This document shows, piece after piece, positions 41,505 through 56,033 of a stretch of DNA of 64,000 nt; the first letter of the stretch is position 1; each line of letters opens with the position of its first letter. Source of the stretch: the human T2T-CHM13v2.0 reference genome, Homo sapiens; NCBI GenBank assembly GCA_009914755.4, contig CP068257.2, forward strand, positions 37,984,001-38,048,000, in the 5' to 3' direction. A program made the translations under genes and the position numbers. The notes below the pieces were generated by a model. The model searched no databases. It was not told the origin of the DNA and saw only the letters and a list, made by a program, of their open reading frames with translations.

Positions 41505-43214
41505 TGCATTCTTATTTCCTTTTCTTGTGGTGTTGAATGGTGAAGACTTCCAGTATAATATAGTGGTGAGAACAGATATTTCAAGGTTGGAAGATGCCAA
41601 AAAGTAGTTTGCCATTTGTAAAGAAAGTTCGGGATATTAGCTAGAGTTATGCACTACTACAAACATGATAAATCTCACATTACTAAAAACATGAAGTTAA
41701 AATCCATAGCAGTTGTATTTTAGCTTCCGACACTACAGAACTGTGTTTATGCCTGGGATTTCCACAGTTAAACTGGTTTTATGAAAATAAGTGTCAGTGA
41801 TGTCTCTTTAAAGCATTAAAATAAATAAAAAAATTTTAAAAGCTGAAATGTGATATGAAATTGATGCCCTAAATTCTTACTCTAACTTTGTTTACTAGAA
41901 TATTAGCATTATGGAATTTAGATGAAAAAAAAGTTCTTAAAATTAAGCTAGTCTTATAGTCCATGTAATGCTTGAATTCCCTTTACCGCGTTTTTTAATA
42001 TCTTCATGGTAAATAATTAACTATTTTCTGGAATAGCTCATTCCACCTTTAGATTTTACTAATTGTTTGCATAACCATTGTTAAGTCTTCGATTGAATCT
42101 GATCTCAGTATTTTCTACCCACTGGTTCTTGTTCTAGTCTTTTCTTTCTCTGAGACATGTTTTCTAAATGTTAAGCATTATAAGTGACATTGAAAATTCT
42201 TCATATTCCATCATATAATTCTTCATATATTCTATCATATAATACATGCTCTCTTTCTCCTGGTCTCTCTCTTCTGAATGTCATTCAGGCTTATAAGTCC
42301 CTGGTAAAAGTGAGACATGTAAAACTAACTGTCCAGGAGTTTTTTTGATTCATGTTCTAAACGCTATGCTTTGATAGCCAGACTAAGAGGACTTTTGCTG
42401 TTTTGGTAGCAAATCCCACAGCTTCAAGTAGAATTAATGATCCCCATTTTACATATGAAAAGTAAAGAGGCACCAGTTCTTTACAACAGCATACCAGCTT
42501 GACTTGTCTGTCCTGTAGTACCTTGCTCCGTAACTGTTGCTTTCCGTAGGAAAATCTTCCCTATAACAGGCTACAAGCTTCAAGCTTAAATAATTAATTT
42601 CTCCTTTGGCTAGTTTTCCATCACGTCCATTCATTCATCAAGTGTACATTGCACTTGGATTCATGGGCTCTGAGCTAGGCACGAGAATTATTAATTGAAG
42701 AAAGCAAAGGTCAGCTTCAGAGATGTTCATAAAATAGTGTCCTTTATATTACAGTGTAATGACTGCTATAAAGAAGCATATATAAAGTTAGTAATAAATG
42801 GTAATAAATTACTGATCTCTGCTCTGGGGAAACCGAGAGGATGGGACATTTCATTTGAAGAATGTAGGAATGGCTGAGCTGAGAAGGCATGGAAGGGCAT
42901 TGGAGACCCAGGGACCTGCATAGACAAAGCAGTTGAGGTACGGTAACTTAAGGAGTTACACACATTGAGGTTCCTCTTCTTATATACCTCCTATCTGGAT
43001 TTTCAAGTTTCTTTTTTGTTTGTTTGTTTTTGGATGTTTCTGTTTGCTCTGTCTCTTTCTTTGGAAAGTACTTGTAGGATCAGCTGTTTTTGAAGACGTT
43101 AGAAAATACAGACAAGAACATTTTCCTCACTTTTTAAAATGGATTAACATATGGAGGAAGTGGGATAATTTTGATTTTGTCTTAGTCAAAATAGCCTATT
43201 TTAAATATTTTGTT

Positions 43215-43526
<312 letters not shown>

Positions 43527-43711
43527 ATTTTTGTAAATGTTCTTTACTAATGGGATAGACACAGTGGGGAGGGGTAGCTTGAGTCTGTTACATGAATGAA
43601 ATGGAATGAGTACTAAACTGGACTCAATGGGGCCATTGGCGAGGGCCTTGTGGAGATGCTGACGGAGATGGGCAGCATCGCAGGATTGAAAAGCCCATCA
43701 GTGCAGTTTCA

Positions 43712-43905
<194 letters not shown>

Positions 43906-46900
43906 AAAGCAAAGCCTGTGTGAAAAGCCTTAGCATTAGCTCTCCTGGCAGCAACAGCTGCCTTGCCTGCCTCTGCTTTCGCAGCTGTTTTATGTAGGTG
44001 ACAGGCGGACAGGAGAACAATTGAGCTTTTTCTTCTGGTTGAATTTGCGTTTCCTCTTTCATTTGTGGGTTATTGTTTGAAAAGAAGTGTACCCACATTC
44101 TCTGCTCTGTCAGCATCTTCCTTCCCAAGTTTTGAAGCATGCCACAGATTGCTAGGAGACAGCTGAAATTTTTAAAGCTTTTTATTATGTGTGCTTAAAG
44201 AGGGGGGAGAGATGCTCCTTGATGAGGGAAAGGTGCTTAGCATTTGGCAAGAGGAGATCATGCCTTCTCTCCCTACCTTCCCGCAGCTCCTCGAGGCTGG
44301 TGTGCAGGGGGAGTATGAGTTTTGCCTGCTCCCCTCTGTGGCTTATTTTGTAGTAAAATCTTGCGTTCTTGTGGAAGTGATTGACACTGATAGTTCTGTC
44401 AATCAAGGAAAATGACCAAAGAAAGTCTCAATCATTTCAGGAGGTTTACTTGCTAAAGTTAAGGATGGGCGCCTGGGAGACAGGTCTATGCCTTTCTCCT
44501 AAGATGATTTTGAGGTCTTTAGTATTTACAGGGGAAAGGGCAGGATATTAAGAAATAGGCAATTTTCATGTGAGAGGTGGGTAAATAGTCATTCATGCCT
44601 TTGTCTGGCTCGGTGAATCTGCATTTGTACATAAGGTAACGTAGACAGTAGGGCAGAGGAAACAATCAGATATGCATTTGTTTCAGGTAGGCAGAGAAAC
44701 GACTTTGAGTTCTGTCCTACGTCCCCAACACCTGTGAAGATAAGGTATTTGTTTACATTACCATGTTGAACTTTAACAGAAATGCTGTAGGGTAAAAAGC
44801 TTGGGACTCACAAGGAGTTTCCTTGTGGGCAAAATATGAGGGAGGTATGTAGCTTTTCATCTTTGTCGCCATTTTATTTAGGAACCCAAATGGGAGGCAG
44901 GCTTGCATGACCCAGCTGCCAGCTTCACTCTTCCCTTTGGCTTAGTGAGTCTGGGGTCCCAAGATTTATTTTCCTCTCACAGTTCCATTGCAAAAAGTGC
45001 GAAGTTCACAGTGATGGGAAACATAGAGAAGGTACAGCTTCAGCGGCTTACAGAACCATTGTCTGACCTTCGAAACGATGGCGTGTATCCCTAGAGAGAG
45101 TGAAGGAATGTCTTGTGTTCTTGTAATGCACAAGGAGGGAAAGGCAGCTAGTATTTATTAAACTCCTACTGTGTGCCATGAATGCTTTCATTTAATTCTC
45201 ACATCAACCTTCAGATTGGGCATTGTGACCTTTTAAAAATGAGAGCTTGGGTTGGGAGAGAAAAAATGATTTGCTAAGATTATCCAGGAGTGACTGGAAG
45301 ACCCCAGCACTGGCCTCCCCAGGGTCACCTGAGGCTTCTACCTCCCCACCATGCTGCACTGACTGTCTTGTGCGGATGGATGTGTGTTGACTGGCTCACC
45401 CCCCTTTCTTCTTACTCTTCTTATACTGCCAGGGGTGGGTTGTGTTGTCAGATGATTGGCCCAAATTATGATGCAGTCATAATCAAGAGCATGAGCCCCA
45501 GGGAATGGAGGCGTCAGGCATGACCTGGTTAGCAACGTGCTCCCTAAGTCATGGCTGGAAGACACCACGTATTTCTCTGCTGGCCTGTATCTACTCACCC
45601 TGCTGCTGACATCCCTATTGTGTCCAAAATCACACTTTCCTGACCGTTCCCGGAGTCTTACTTGGTAACCACAGGCAGCGGGCATATAAAGGCACAGTTG
45701 CCCTCTTCCTACCATGAGGTTTGGTCCAGGATCAGAGACAACTTTCTCAGCTGATGTTTTTGTTTTCTTTTCTCCTTTTCTGGGAATCTGACCCTCAGGT
45801 CTCGCCCTGAGTGTGCAAGCTTTTCTTTGCCTTTGGAGGGAGGCAGGAAATTCTCCTATCCTGGTGGACTCAGCCAGAGATGGCTTCTTTTTCTTAAGTT
45901 CTTCCTTATCAGAATTTTCCCAGCAGGAGGTAGGGGTTCATGATGGATGCGTTGGTTTCCTCACATCTGGAAAATAACCAGTGGGGACTGCCCCAGCAGT
46001 GGTTTGGTGTGTGTGGAGCCTCTCTGTGGCTGACACCACGTGGTGTCTCCCCATTTCACATCTGTGTGAGGTGGCTTGGACACACTGAGGTGCTGGAGAC
46101 CAGCAGCACCTCCTGGACTAGCTCCTGCCAGAGTCTCTGCTGGCTAAGAGGCAAATTGGGGGGAGTCATACTGGACTTGGAATAGAAACCTGTTGTCCCT
46201 GTTCCAGTTGGGACAACCTTTGAGAAACACCACACCCCAAGGGCAGGCAGTGGTCAAAAGGGGAGAATAATTCACTGTCAGCATCCCTGTTAGCCAAACT
46301 GTCCCGACCCGGGGCAGATCGCTTTGTTAGTATAATAGTTTTTACTCTGTTAAACAAAGGTCCCCACATTAAAACCTGTTCTCAGTGAAATGTTAGGCTC
46401 GGACACTGATCCCGCAGCCGCCCTCTGCCTCCCAGCACAGGTGGGATATCTCGGATGCATTTATTCTCTCCCCTTGCACGGTTGGAGTAAAGTGCTTATG
46501 AAAACATCTCTTTTATTGATTCTACATGCTTTTTAAAATTCCATTTTCAAGATCGAGAACAGAGAATGCGTGGTGCGACCGAAGGTCTCCTGCTGGTGTG
46601 GAAAGGTTGCAGGCTGCCTCTGCAGCTTTGCCCGGAAGCTGGTGCCCCGGACTACTGCTTCTCAACACTCCTGAGGAGTTGCCTTTGGCTGTAATCACCC
46701 ACCGGCCTCCTCTGTATGAACAGCACGGGTGAAACTCTTGATGTTACTTCTTCCTCCATTGAATAAGCCAGATTCTCTTTCTTCTGAGGGATAATTGAAG
46801 TCTTTTGCAGTGTACGTAAGCAAAATTACCTAACGCTCTTAAATTTTTCATACAACAGTTTCATCTGGAAGAGAGGCCATTGAAACCAAGCATTTGTGTT

Positions 46901-47272
46901 CAAGTAAGAAAATGTATCCAAGTCACAAAGAAACATAATTTGGCTTTTGGAGACATGAGCAGCTTCATTTCTCATTTGTTCATTCGAAAGTCTCCACTGG
47001 GCTTCTGAGTGCCACATCCTGTCCAGAATGATGAAAGATACAGAAAATGGTGCCTGCTGACCTTCTGGAGTTATTGGCTAGTAAGAAAGGTGGGTGGTAT
47101 TCCAAGGTTTGTACCAAGAATTAATAAAATACAATCCCAATAATTAAAGTGATACAGTACAAAATGGGGTGCTGTGAGTAGTGAATAAGGAAATGAGGAT
47201 TAAAGGTAAGGAAGAGTTAGCTGAGCAGAGAGAGAAAGAGGAAAGCAAAACTGGGAAAGAGCAGGAGGGTCA

Positions 47273-47728
<456 letters not shown>

Positions 47729-47885
47729 TCAAGAACAAATTCTCAAGCCTTGTAGAGTTAAGATGGCTTCGTGTAGCACAATTAAATCTGAGCGCTGGAA
47801 ATTGCTTCCATTGCCTGTGGTTTAGGGTGCCTCATATAAATTGAAATCCAGCAGGCCAGTTTCTAGAATGATCATACTCCCTTGT

Positions 47886-47902
47886 TTTAATTAATTAATT
47901 AA
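47886..47902. repeat. (TTAA)n microsatellite, short
   Basis: ttttaattaattaattaag. Confidence 0.8.
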
Positions 47903-47909
47903 GTTTTTG

Positions 47910-48103
47910 GTTCTCGGGCCTCAGTCTCCTGAGTGGCTGGGATTACAGGTGTGTGCCACCATGCCCGGGGAATTTTTGTATTTTTTGTAGAGACAGGGTT
48001 TCACCTTGCTGGCCACGCTGGTCTTTAACTCCTGAGCTCAAGCGATCCACTGACTTCAGCCTCCCAAGTGCTGGGATTATGGGCGTGAGTCACCATGTCC
48101 GGC
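47910..48103 (-). mobile_element. Alu SINE, truncated
   Basis: ttctcgggcctcagtctcctgagtggctgggattacaggtgtgtgccaccatgcccggg ... gtgctgggattatgggcgtgagtcaccatgtccggcc. It lies about 320 bp from the + Alu at 47287, forming an inverted pair. Confidence 0.88.
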
Positions 48104-51100
48104 CCCTTGTTTAAAGTCTTCCTCTTCCTTCCCCAACCCTTTGTCTGTGGTTTGCATGCTGAATTCCTATCACTGTCAAATTCTTCATGGAGACCTTACT
48201 CAAGCAGCCTAGAGTCTATGGCTTTACCATTAGGGCAACAAGCTTCCAGAATAATCTGGGAGAAGATGTTCTTTGGGAGAAAGCACTTGTCTTTGTTTTC
48301 AAGGTGTTTTATATGGGGTTAAAGATACCATCCTCCTGTTATCTCACTAGATGTAGACAGTTAAAAAGCTTTTACAAAATTTTCGGAGTTTTCTAATGTG
48401 GTTGGTTGCACAGAATAATTGGCAGCCCTATTAATGATGTTCTGATGATCCTCTTTTGCTATGGTATTAATTTGTTTAGTTTAGTTTTGGGTCAGAAGAA
48501 AGACCTCATTGCTTTGATTCTTAGCTTATTGTGTAATCAAATCTTACTTTTTAAAAAAAAGTCCATTGTAGATTGGCCTTCCTGAATCTATAGACAACAT
48601 ATTTGACACTGTGGACGAAATTGTTCAAATAAAATCATTCAGTGTTATTTGGGTTATTAATCAGAAAAGAATGCATCAGATTTAAAAGAATTGGGTTATA
48701 AAAATATTGACTGTGCTTTTGGCTGCTTAGAGATTTGGAGCTGCAAGTAAAGGTACTTAAGTTAAAAAAAAAATAGAGCTTCAGCAGGCGGTAGATTGTA
48801 GAGTGAGGGGAGGGGACAGGACAGAGCCTGAATGGGGGCCAGACCCTCCTAGCTTGTGCACCTTCTCTTTCTCACTGTCCTGAGTCTGAGTCCCAAGGCC
48901 AGGTGAGGTCGTCTTCTCTATGTTTAGGAGAGAATAAGAGTCTAGGGGGTTAAGTGATGCTTCCTAGCATGAAGCACAGTGGATAGGTTGGAAGAGAGCA
49001 GCACTTCCCTCTGGTTGTGCATTCTGGGGGACAAGTTTGGCCCTCCATGCAGTTGAGGGAAATCTGAGGAGACCCCCATGGCCACTCCCCATGACCAGTG
49101 CCATGCTGTATACAGCAGGTGCTCAATAAATGCTGGGAGATGATCTTTGCTATGGACTGAATTGTGTCTCCTTACAATTCCTGTGTTGAAGGCCTCACCC
49201 CCAAAGGGATGGTGATTGGAGAGGAGGACATTGGGAGCTGAGTAGGTTCAGTGAGGTCCCGAGGGTGGAGCGCTCGTGATGAGATGAGCGTCCCTGTAGA
49301 AAGAGGCACCAGGGCTGTCTCTGCCGTTGTGGGGACACAACAGGAAGCCGACCATCTGCAAGCCAGGAGGAGGCCCTCGCCAGAACCCGGCTGTGCTGGG
49401 ACCCTGATCTTAGACTCCTGTCTCCAGTACCATGAGAAAAGACATTTCTGATCTTTAAGCCACCCAGTGTGTGGCATTTTGTCGTGGCTGCCCGAGGTGA
49501 CTAAGACAATCCTTAAAATGCCTTCCAGCTCTAAATTCATCAGTCCTGAGACCAGTGATCATGTGTACAAATCCCTGTGGCTTTTCTCCCCAGTCACTTG
49601 ATTGATTGGAGGCTTCTCTGTTGTATTGATGAATGGGACAGAGAGGCCCTGCTGGACTCTAGACTCATGGGCCCGTAAAACCCTGAGAAGGACCATGGGC
49701 CCCCTGATGTGCTTGGCCAGAGCCCAGACTGCTCATTTGCTCCTCTAGGCCATTCTGAGCTGCCCTGCCTGCCTCCAGCCTCCTTTCTCAGCTTTCCCTC
49801 TGCACACCGTGCTGTTTCTGGAACCCACAGGCCCTTCCGGATTCCCTGCCTCTGCCTGCCAGCCTCCCTGGCCAGGTCTCCCTGAATATCCACAGGCAGG
49901 ACCTCTGTTCTCTCCCCTGCCCCGTTAAAGAAAAGCCAGAGCTGGAGGTAGGAGGTGAAGACAGTTTCTATTCAGGAACTATTGCAGTAGGGGAAAGAGA
50001 CCTCAGTATAGAGCCGGGCTTAATTCTGAATACAGCATGGACAAGTGGGGAGGTGCAGCCCAGAAACAGGGTGGAAGGCTCAGTGGGTGGAAAGTTACTA
50101 AGAGGAGACCCCAGGGGCGAGGGGGATTCTGGCTAAACCCACCTTGCTGGAGGCAGACCAGGGTGACCAGACATCAAGGGTGGGGGACGAGGAACCGATC
50201 AGATAGTGACGTTGGGGATCTGGAGGCAGAGTCCAAGGTGGCCAGACACTGAGGGTAGAAGACAAGGAACTGATCAGATAGTGATGGTGTGGGATCCTGG
50301 CAAAACCAACTTTGCAGGATTCTTGCTAAAACTGGGCAGTGCAGAGACAGACATGGAAATGTAAAGGTGGAGGCCTGGTTGGGATGAGGATCCAGAGGCA
50401 CCCAACTGGAGTCTCTGCCAGACCTCACGCACCACCCTGCTGTGTCAGATCCCAGTTACTGCTTGGCTCATGCTGTGAATCCTGAACCCCGCAAAGATTT
50501 GTCGTCTTTGTCGTGGAACCCCCAGCACCTGGACCCCTGCCTGCCCCAGGGGAGGTGATCAGAAGAGGCTTCCCGAGGCAGTGGAAGGGCCTGGGATGAA
50601 GGTGCAGGGCTCTGCTTCTCCACTGAGAGACAAAATAAAATAAATACAGGTGATTTCTCTTGGTAGCCAAGTCACAAGTTCTACTCCTGTGGGTCAGGGC
50701 CCCCTCCTCAAAAATTCCTTTGTTAAAGTCCTGCCTCAGAATGTGACCTTATTTGTAGGTGACAGCTGCAGGTGACACGAGAGCCCTTCCAACAGGGCGT
50801 GTTCCTGCCTTCACTGGTCAGCTGCAAAAGGCGGGCACAGGCTGCTCCTGAGGCTGTGTGGCCAGGGCAATACCTCACGGAGCTTCCTGTGGCCACAGCA
50901 GCAGCAGCATCTGTGAGCTTGAAAGGGGATGATGAGTGAGACTTTTGTCCACAGTTCTTGGTTGAGCTGCCACAAGCAGATGGGAAAGGCTGAGAAAGAA
51001 ACCATTCCTCCCTGGGTGGGGACGCTTGAAATTCCCTTTCAACCAAGGGGACGCCACAAGCACCCCGTTCATACCTGCGTGCAGATGCCAGCGCCTGGCT

Positions 51101-51675
51101 CGTTGGTGACCAGCAAGGGTCCCAGCTGAGCCGGGGTGCTCTCCTGTGGCTCTGGTGGAACGTCCACAGGATACTGGAGAGATGATTCAAACATCATTTA
51201 GATGGGGGAGCCGTTGAAATAGACTTGACAGTTTGTTTTGCTTAGTAGAAAAAAATTAAAAAATTGTCAGCTACTATCACCATTTTTAAAATAAGATTAA
51301 AAAATGTATTTTACAAAAAAAAAAAGGTAAAAATGAGCAGCTCACCATGTCCCACTTCTTCCACCCCAGCGCCAACACCCTCACTCAGCCGTGGTCCAGC
51401 CAGAAGACAAGGTCAGATAAAACAACCATAAAGAAAAAAAAAACCTTCTTCTAGAGTGGCTGGGAATGAGGTCACCGTGATGTCTTCCCCTGAATCGGTG
51501 CCATCGTGGTTTTGAAGTGTGACGGTCACTCAGCTCAGGAGTCCTCGCTATGTGAGCCTGTCCACCACTATTCACCCTTGGTGGAAGAAGACCCTGAGCA
51601 CCCCAAAACATGACATCCTTATTTTCAGGAACCTCTAACTGAAATTGAGCCCTTCCTTTCTTTATGAATATAGGC

Positions 51676-52120
51676 ACTGTCTTAGTTCCCTGCGGCTGTG
51701 GTAACAAAGCGCCTCAAACTGGGTGGCTTAAAACACAGACATTTGCTGTCTCAGGGCTCTGGAGGCTGGAAGTCTGAGACCAGAGTGTCACTGGGGTTGG
51801 TTCTTCTGAGGCTGTCAGGGAGAATCTACTCCAGGCCCTCCCGCAGGCTCTGGGAGTGGCTGGCTGCCTTTGGCATTCCTTGGCTGGGAGACACAAAGCC
51901 TTGAGCCCTGCCTTCCTCTTCACACTGTGTTTTCTCTGTTTGTGAGTCTGTGTCCAAATTTCCCTGGAGAAATACCCATCATATGGGTTAGGGATCCCCC
52001 AATGACCTCACTGAAACTTAGTGTGGAGCCTGTCTCCAAATAAGGTCACATTCTGAGGTATTGGTGGTGAGGACTTTAACATGGGAGTTTTTTGGGAGGA
52101 GGCCCTCACCCACAGTAGTA
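51676..52120 (+). mobile_element. MaLR-type LTR (MLT1-like), sense to B3GALT5, about 9 kb upstream of the coding exon
   Basis: cactgtcttagttccctgcggctgtggtaacaaagcgcctcaaactgggtggcttaaaacacagacatttgctgtctcagggctctggaggctggaagtctgagaccagagtgtcactggggttggttcttctgagg ... gtctccaaataaggtcacattctgaggtattggtggtgaggactttaacatgggagtttt. Confidence 0.6.
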
Positions 52121-54663
52121 GAACTTGTGACTTTGTCACCGAAAGAAATCACTTATTTTCACATCGCACCGTAGTAGCAGTGGACATCTCCAAATACCGG
52201 CGAAGCTAGTCCTGCCTGCAAAGTTAAGGCAGTTTTTTTTATCAGATCTAGAGCTGGAAATCATTGTTAAATGAGGCGATGAGGAAGTGTGTATATTATT
52301 CTGGCTCACTTTTAAAAATATTTTGATCCATTTATTTCAACATAATTGATTTCCCCTGTGATTCTGTATGTTTTGTATTATACATGTAAAAACGTTATTC
52401 AGAGGAGTTCACAGGCTTCACCCGACTGTGTTGAAAGGACCCATGATGTAAGGATGTTTGTTGTGGGGGGTGCTTGTGGCTCCTTAACTGGCTCTGGAAA
52501 GAGCCTACTTCCCATAGTGAACCCTGTGAGGTCCAATTCTGTTCCTCCCCCTGGAGCTCCAAGAGAAGGTCATTGTCCTTGTAGCAGCAGGTGCCCCCCC
52601 AAGCTGGGTTCTCACTGCAGGTGCCAGCGGGCTCTCAGTAGGTATGACCTGGATGTGAGTGGTGAGCCAGGATTGAGGCACTCAGCACCTTCGACCACAC
52701 TTCCCACTCTCCCTGGGGTTCAAGTCAGGCTATGGAAAGTGTACACCCTGTTTGTCATATAACTGGATGGGTGGTGGGCAGAACGCCTCTGGCAAGGTAG
52801 ACCTTGAAGGCAAAACTGAGTTGAGGTTTGTTAGGACGGAAATAATTACTGCTGGGCATGCAGCACTTCCCAACCGTTCTGTGAGGCAGGCAGTGTTATT
52901 GCCAGTTTGGCACAAGGGCACAGGTGTAGAACACGTAAGTGCCCTGGGCCGTGCTACACCACCACTGTGTTTGAGCTGAGATGTGAACCAGGGCCTTCTG
53001 ATTCCAAATTCCTCATTCCTTTCATCCTAGCAGGCTGCCTGCGGTTAGCAGAAGGGGACTCCTGTATCTGCTCTGCAGCTTCTTCAGCTGATTTATAATG
53101 GAAAACAGAGTAGATATTGATTTGGCAATTAGTGAAATATTATGAGAATCATCATAGCAAACTTCACAGTTTGATCAAGGATCCTGCCTTCAATATCTGG
53201 CCAACTGATGTGTAAAAGCAGCTGCAAGAACTTCAGAGCTGACAAAAAAAGCAAACTCCAGACTTTATTTCCTGGAATCTGTTTTGTGAGACACTGGCCC
53301 ATGAAATGCTCTCCCAGAAATAGTCGGATTTGTGGTCAAATAAATTTGGGCAATTCTACAGAACATGTGTCTTTTTCAGAGATTTATTTTTAATTAAACT
53401 TATTTAAAAATATTAACATGGTACAATTTGCATATAGTGAAGTGTGCAAATCTTCGCTACATGGCTCAATGAGTTTTTACATATATTTCCACCCATGTAA
53501 TCACCACCGAGATCTAGAATAGAATGTATTCGTCTCTCCAGAGGTTCCTCTGTTCCCTTGCAGTCAATAATTCTCCACCAAAGATAAACATTCTGCTGAC
53601 TTCCTTCATCATTGATAAGTTTTTCCTGGTTTTGAACTTCATATAAATGGAATCATTTCATGTCTAGCTCTTTTCACTCAACATAACATCTGTCAGATTA
53701 ATACATCGCATGTCAATAGTTTGTAGTTTTTATGGCTGTGTAGCATTTCATTCATTCATTCTGCTGTTGATGGAAATTTCTTGACTAGAGTTGTGTTATC
53801 AATTTATTGCCTCTTGGCTCCAAATTCACCCTTTTTGCCTGGTCTCTGGAAATGGGTCTGGGCCCTCTAAATATTTTCCCTTTGCAATCTGGCTCTTGAA
53901 GCTTATCAGTGGAGGGTCCTGGAGGGGCATTGCAGGGGAAACAGTTTTTCCTTCCTGGTTCAGGGACGCTGGTTTGGTAGCCCCTGTGGTGTTACAGGAG
54001 TACTTGGCAAGACAGCAGTTTCCCCGGGTACACCCGCTAGGTGTTTTGTAGCAGAGTGCATCTGTGAGACAACTGGTGAACTGCTTTCCTTGCAACCTAG
54101 AGGGCAGATTTCTGGCAAGTTCCAGAGGGTGGATTCCAAACATGTTCCTCTAATGTGGATCTGCAGTGATGTCTCTGCCATTCAGTGGGCATAGCTGTGC
54201 CCTTTTAGTGGGGTCTAGATCTCAGCCCTGGGATTGGGGGCATTTTCTCAGTTGCTCAATCTCAGCCCTAGGGGCAGTGACCATTCCTTATATATGGTTG
54301 TTTGTATATTCTTTGGAACTGTCTTGATTTTATTACTGTTAGTCTCTCATTACTCCACTCCCTTATTATAGTAAATGATTCTTTGTATTTGACTTTCCCT
54401 GGTCAAGGTACTAAGTGGTTTTTCTCTCCTGTTTGGATCTAGATTGATACAATAATTTTTTGCAATTATGAGCAATGCTGCTGTGAACATTCTTGATCAT
54501 GTCTTAGTGGACATAAGCAATAATTGCTGCTGGGTCTGTGTGCAGGAATGATTTGCTAGATCATAGCACATACGTTTATCTGTAGCAGAAACTGCCAAGG
54601 TATATACAGCTTTCCAAAGTGTGTTAATTTACATGCCTGCTAGCAAGGTAGGAGAAATACAGT

Positions 54664-54834
54664 TGCTTCCCAAGTAGCTGGGATTACAGGTGTGTGCCAC
54701 CACTCCTGGCTAATTTTTTGTAGAGATAGGGTTTTGCCATGTTGGCCAGGCTAGTCTTGAACTGCTGGCCTCAAGTGATCTGCCTGCCTTGGGCTCCCAA
54801 AGTGCTAGGATTACAGGGATGAGCCACCATGGTC
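54664..54834 (-). mobile_element. Alu SINE, partial
   Basis: gcttcccaagtagctgggattacaggtgtgtgccaccactcctggctaatttt ... gtgctaggattacagggatgagccaccatggtcg. It abuts the Tigger fragment. Confidence 0.88.
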
Positions 54835-54837
54835 GAC

Positions 54838-55478
54838 TTCATGATAAAACTTCAGTGGATGAGGAGCTGCCTCTTATGATGAACAAAGAAGGTGGTTTCT
54901 TGAAATGGAATCTACTCCTGGTGAAGATGCTGTGAACATTGTTGAAATGACAAGAAAGAATTTACAGTGTTACATAGAGTTAGTTGATGAAGCAGTAGCA
55001 GGATTCGAGAGGATCGATTCCAATTTCAAAATAAGTTCTGCTGTGGGTAAAATGCTATCAAATGGCGTCGCATGCTACAGAGAAATCTATCATGAAAGGA
55101 AGAGTCAATTGATGTGGCAAACTTCATTGTTGTCGTATTTTAAGAAATTGTCACGACCACCCCAACCTTCAACAACCATGACCCTGATCAGTCAGGAGCC
55201 ATCCACATTGAGGCGAGAACCTCCAGCAGTAAAAAGATTATGATTCTCTAAAGGATCAGATGAACATTAGCATTTTTTTAAGCAATAAAGTATTTTTACG
55301 TAAGATATGTATGTTATTTTTTAGGCATAATGCTATTATGCATTTAATAGACTCCAGTATATTGTAAACATAACTTTAAATGCACTGGGAGATAAAAGTA
55401 TTTGCTCTTTTATGATATTTGCTTTATTGCAGTAGTCTGTAATGGAAACTACATTATCTCTTGGGTACACCTGTATAC
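54838..55478 (+). mobile_element. Tigger1-like (pogo/Tc1-mariner) DNA transposon, 3' fragment holding the transposase C-terminus, 3'UTR and terminal inverted repeat
   Basis: The 112-aa ORF 54905..55243 ([82 protein letters not shown]...PPAVKRL) matches the Tigger1 transposase C-terminal tail as I recall it. It is followed by the characteristic 3' region (tttttaagcaataaagtattttt ... cataatgctattatgcatttaatagactccagtatattgtaaacataactttaaatgcactggg) and a terminus near cacctgtat at 55478. The 5' side is truncated and abutted by an Alu. Confidence 0.8.
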
Positions 55479-56033
55479 AGAAAGAAATTTATTATGAGGA
55501 AATGCTCATGCAATGATGGAGGCTGGAAAGTCCCAAGATCTGCAGTCAGCAAGTTGGAGACCCATGAGAGTCGATGGTGTGGCCCCAGTCTGTGTTTGAA
55601 GGCCTGAGAACCAGGAGAGCCAAAAGCTGGCAAGCTCTGGACCCAGGAAGAGCTGATGTTTCAGTTCAAGTCCGAAGGCAGGAAAAGACTGAAGGCCCAG
55701 CTCCAGGCAGTCAGGCAGGAGAACTTTCCTTTTACTCACGAGAGGGTCAGCATTTTGTTCTGTTCAGGCTGTCAACTGAGTGACCCAGAAAAGCTGGCAC
55801 ATAACATTCACCATCGTGCTGCAAGAGCTGCAAAACCCTCTCTGCTTCTAACACTGATGCTCAGCCCACCTCCAGTGGGCAGGGAGCTGGGTGCCGGGAG
55901 GACTTGGGGTTGCCAGCCCAGTGTGGGCCTGGACAGTTGCTGAGAATCTCCCTCCGCCCTGTGACTTCTTAATTACTTAGAGGGTCACCCTGGTTGCTCA
56001 CTTCAGCTCACTTGGGAGATTCTCTCTGCTTGA

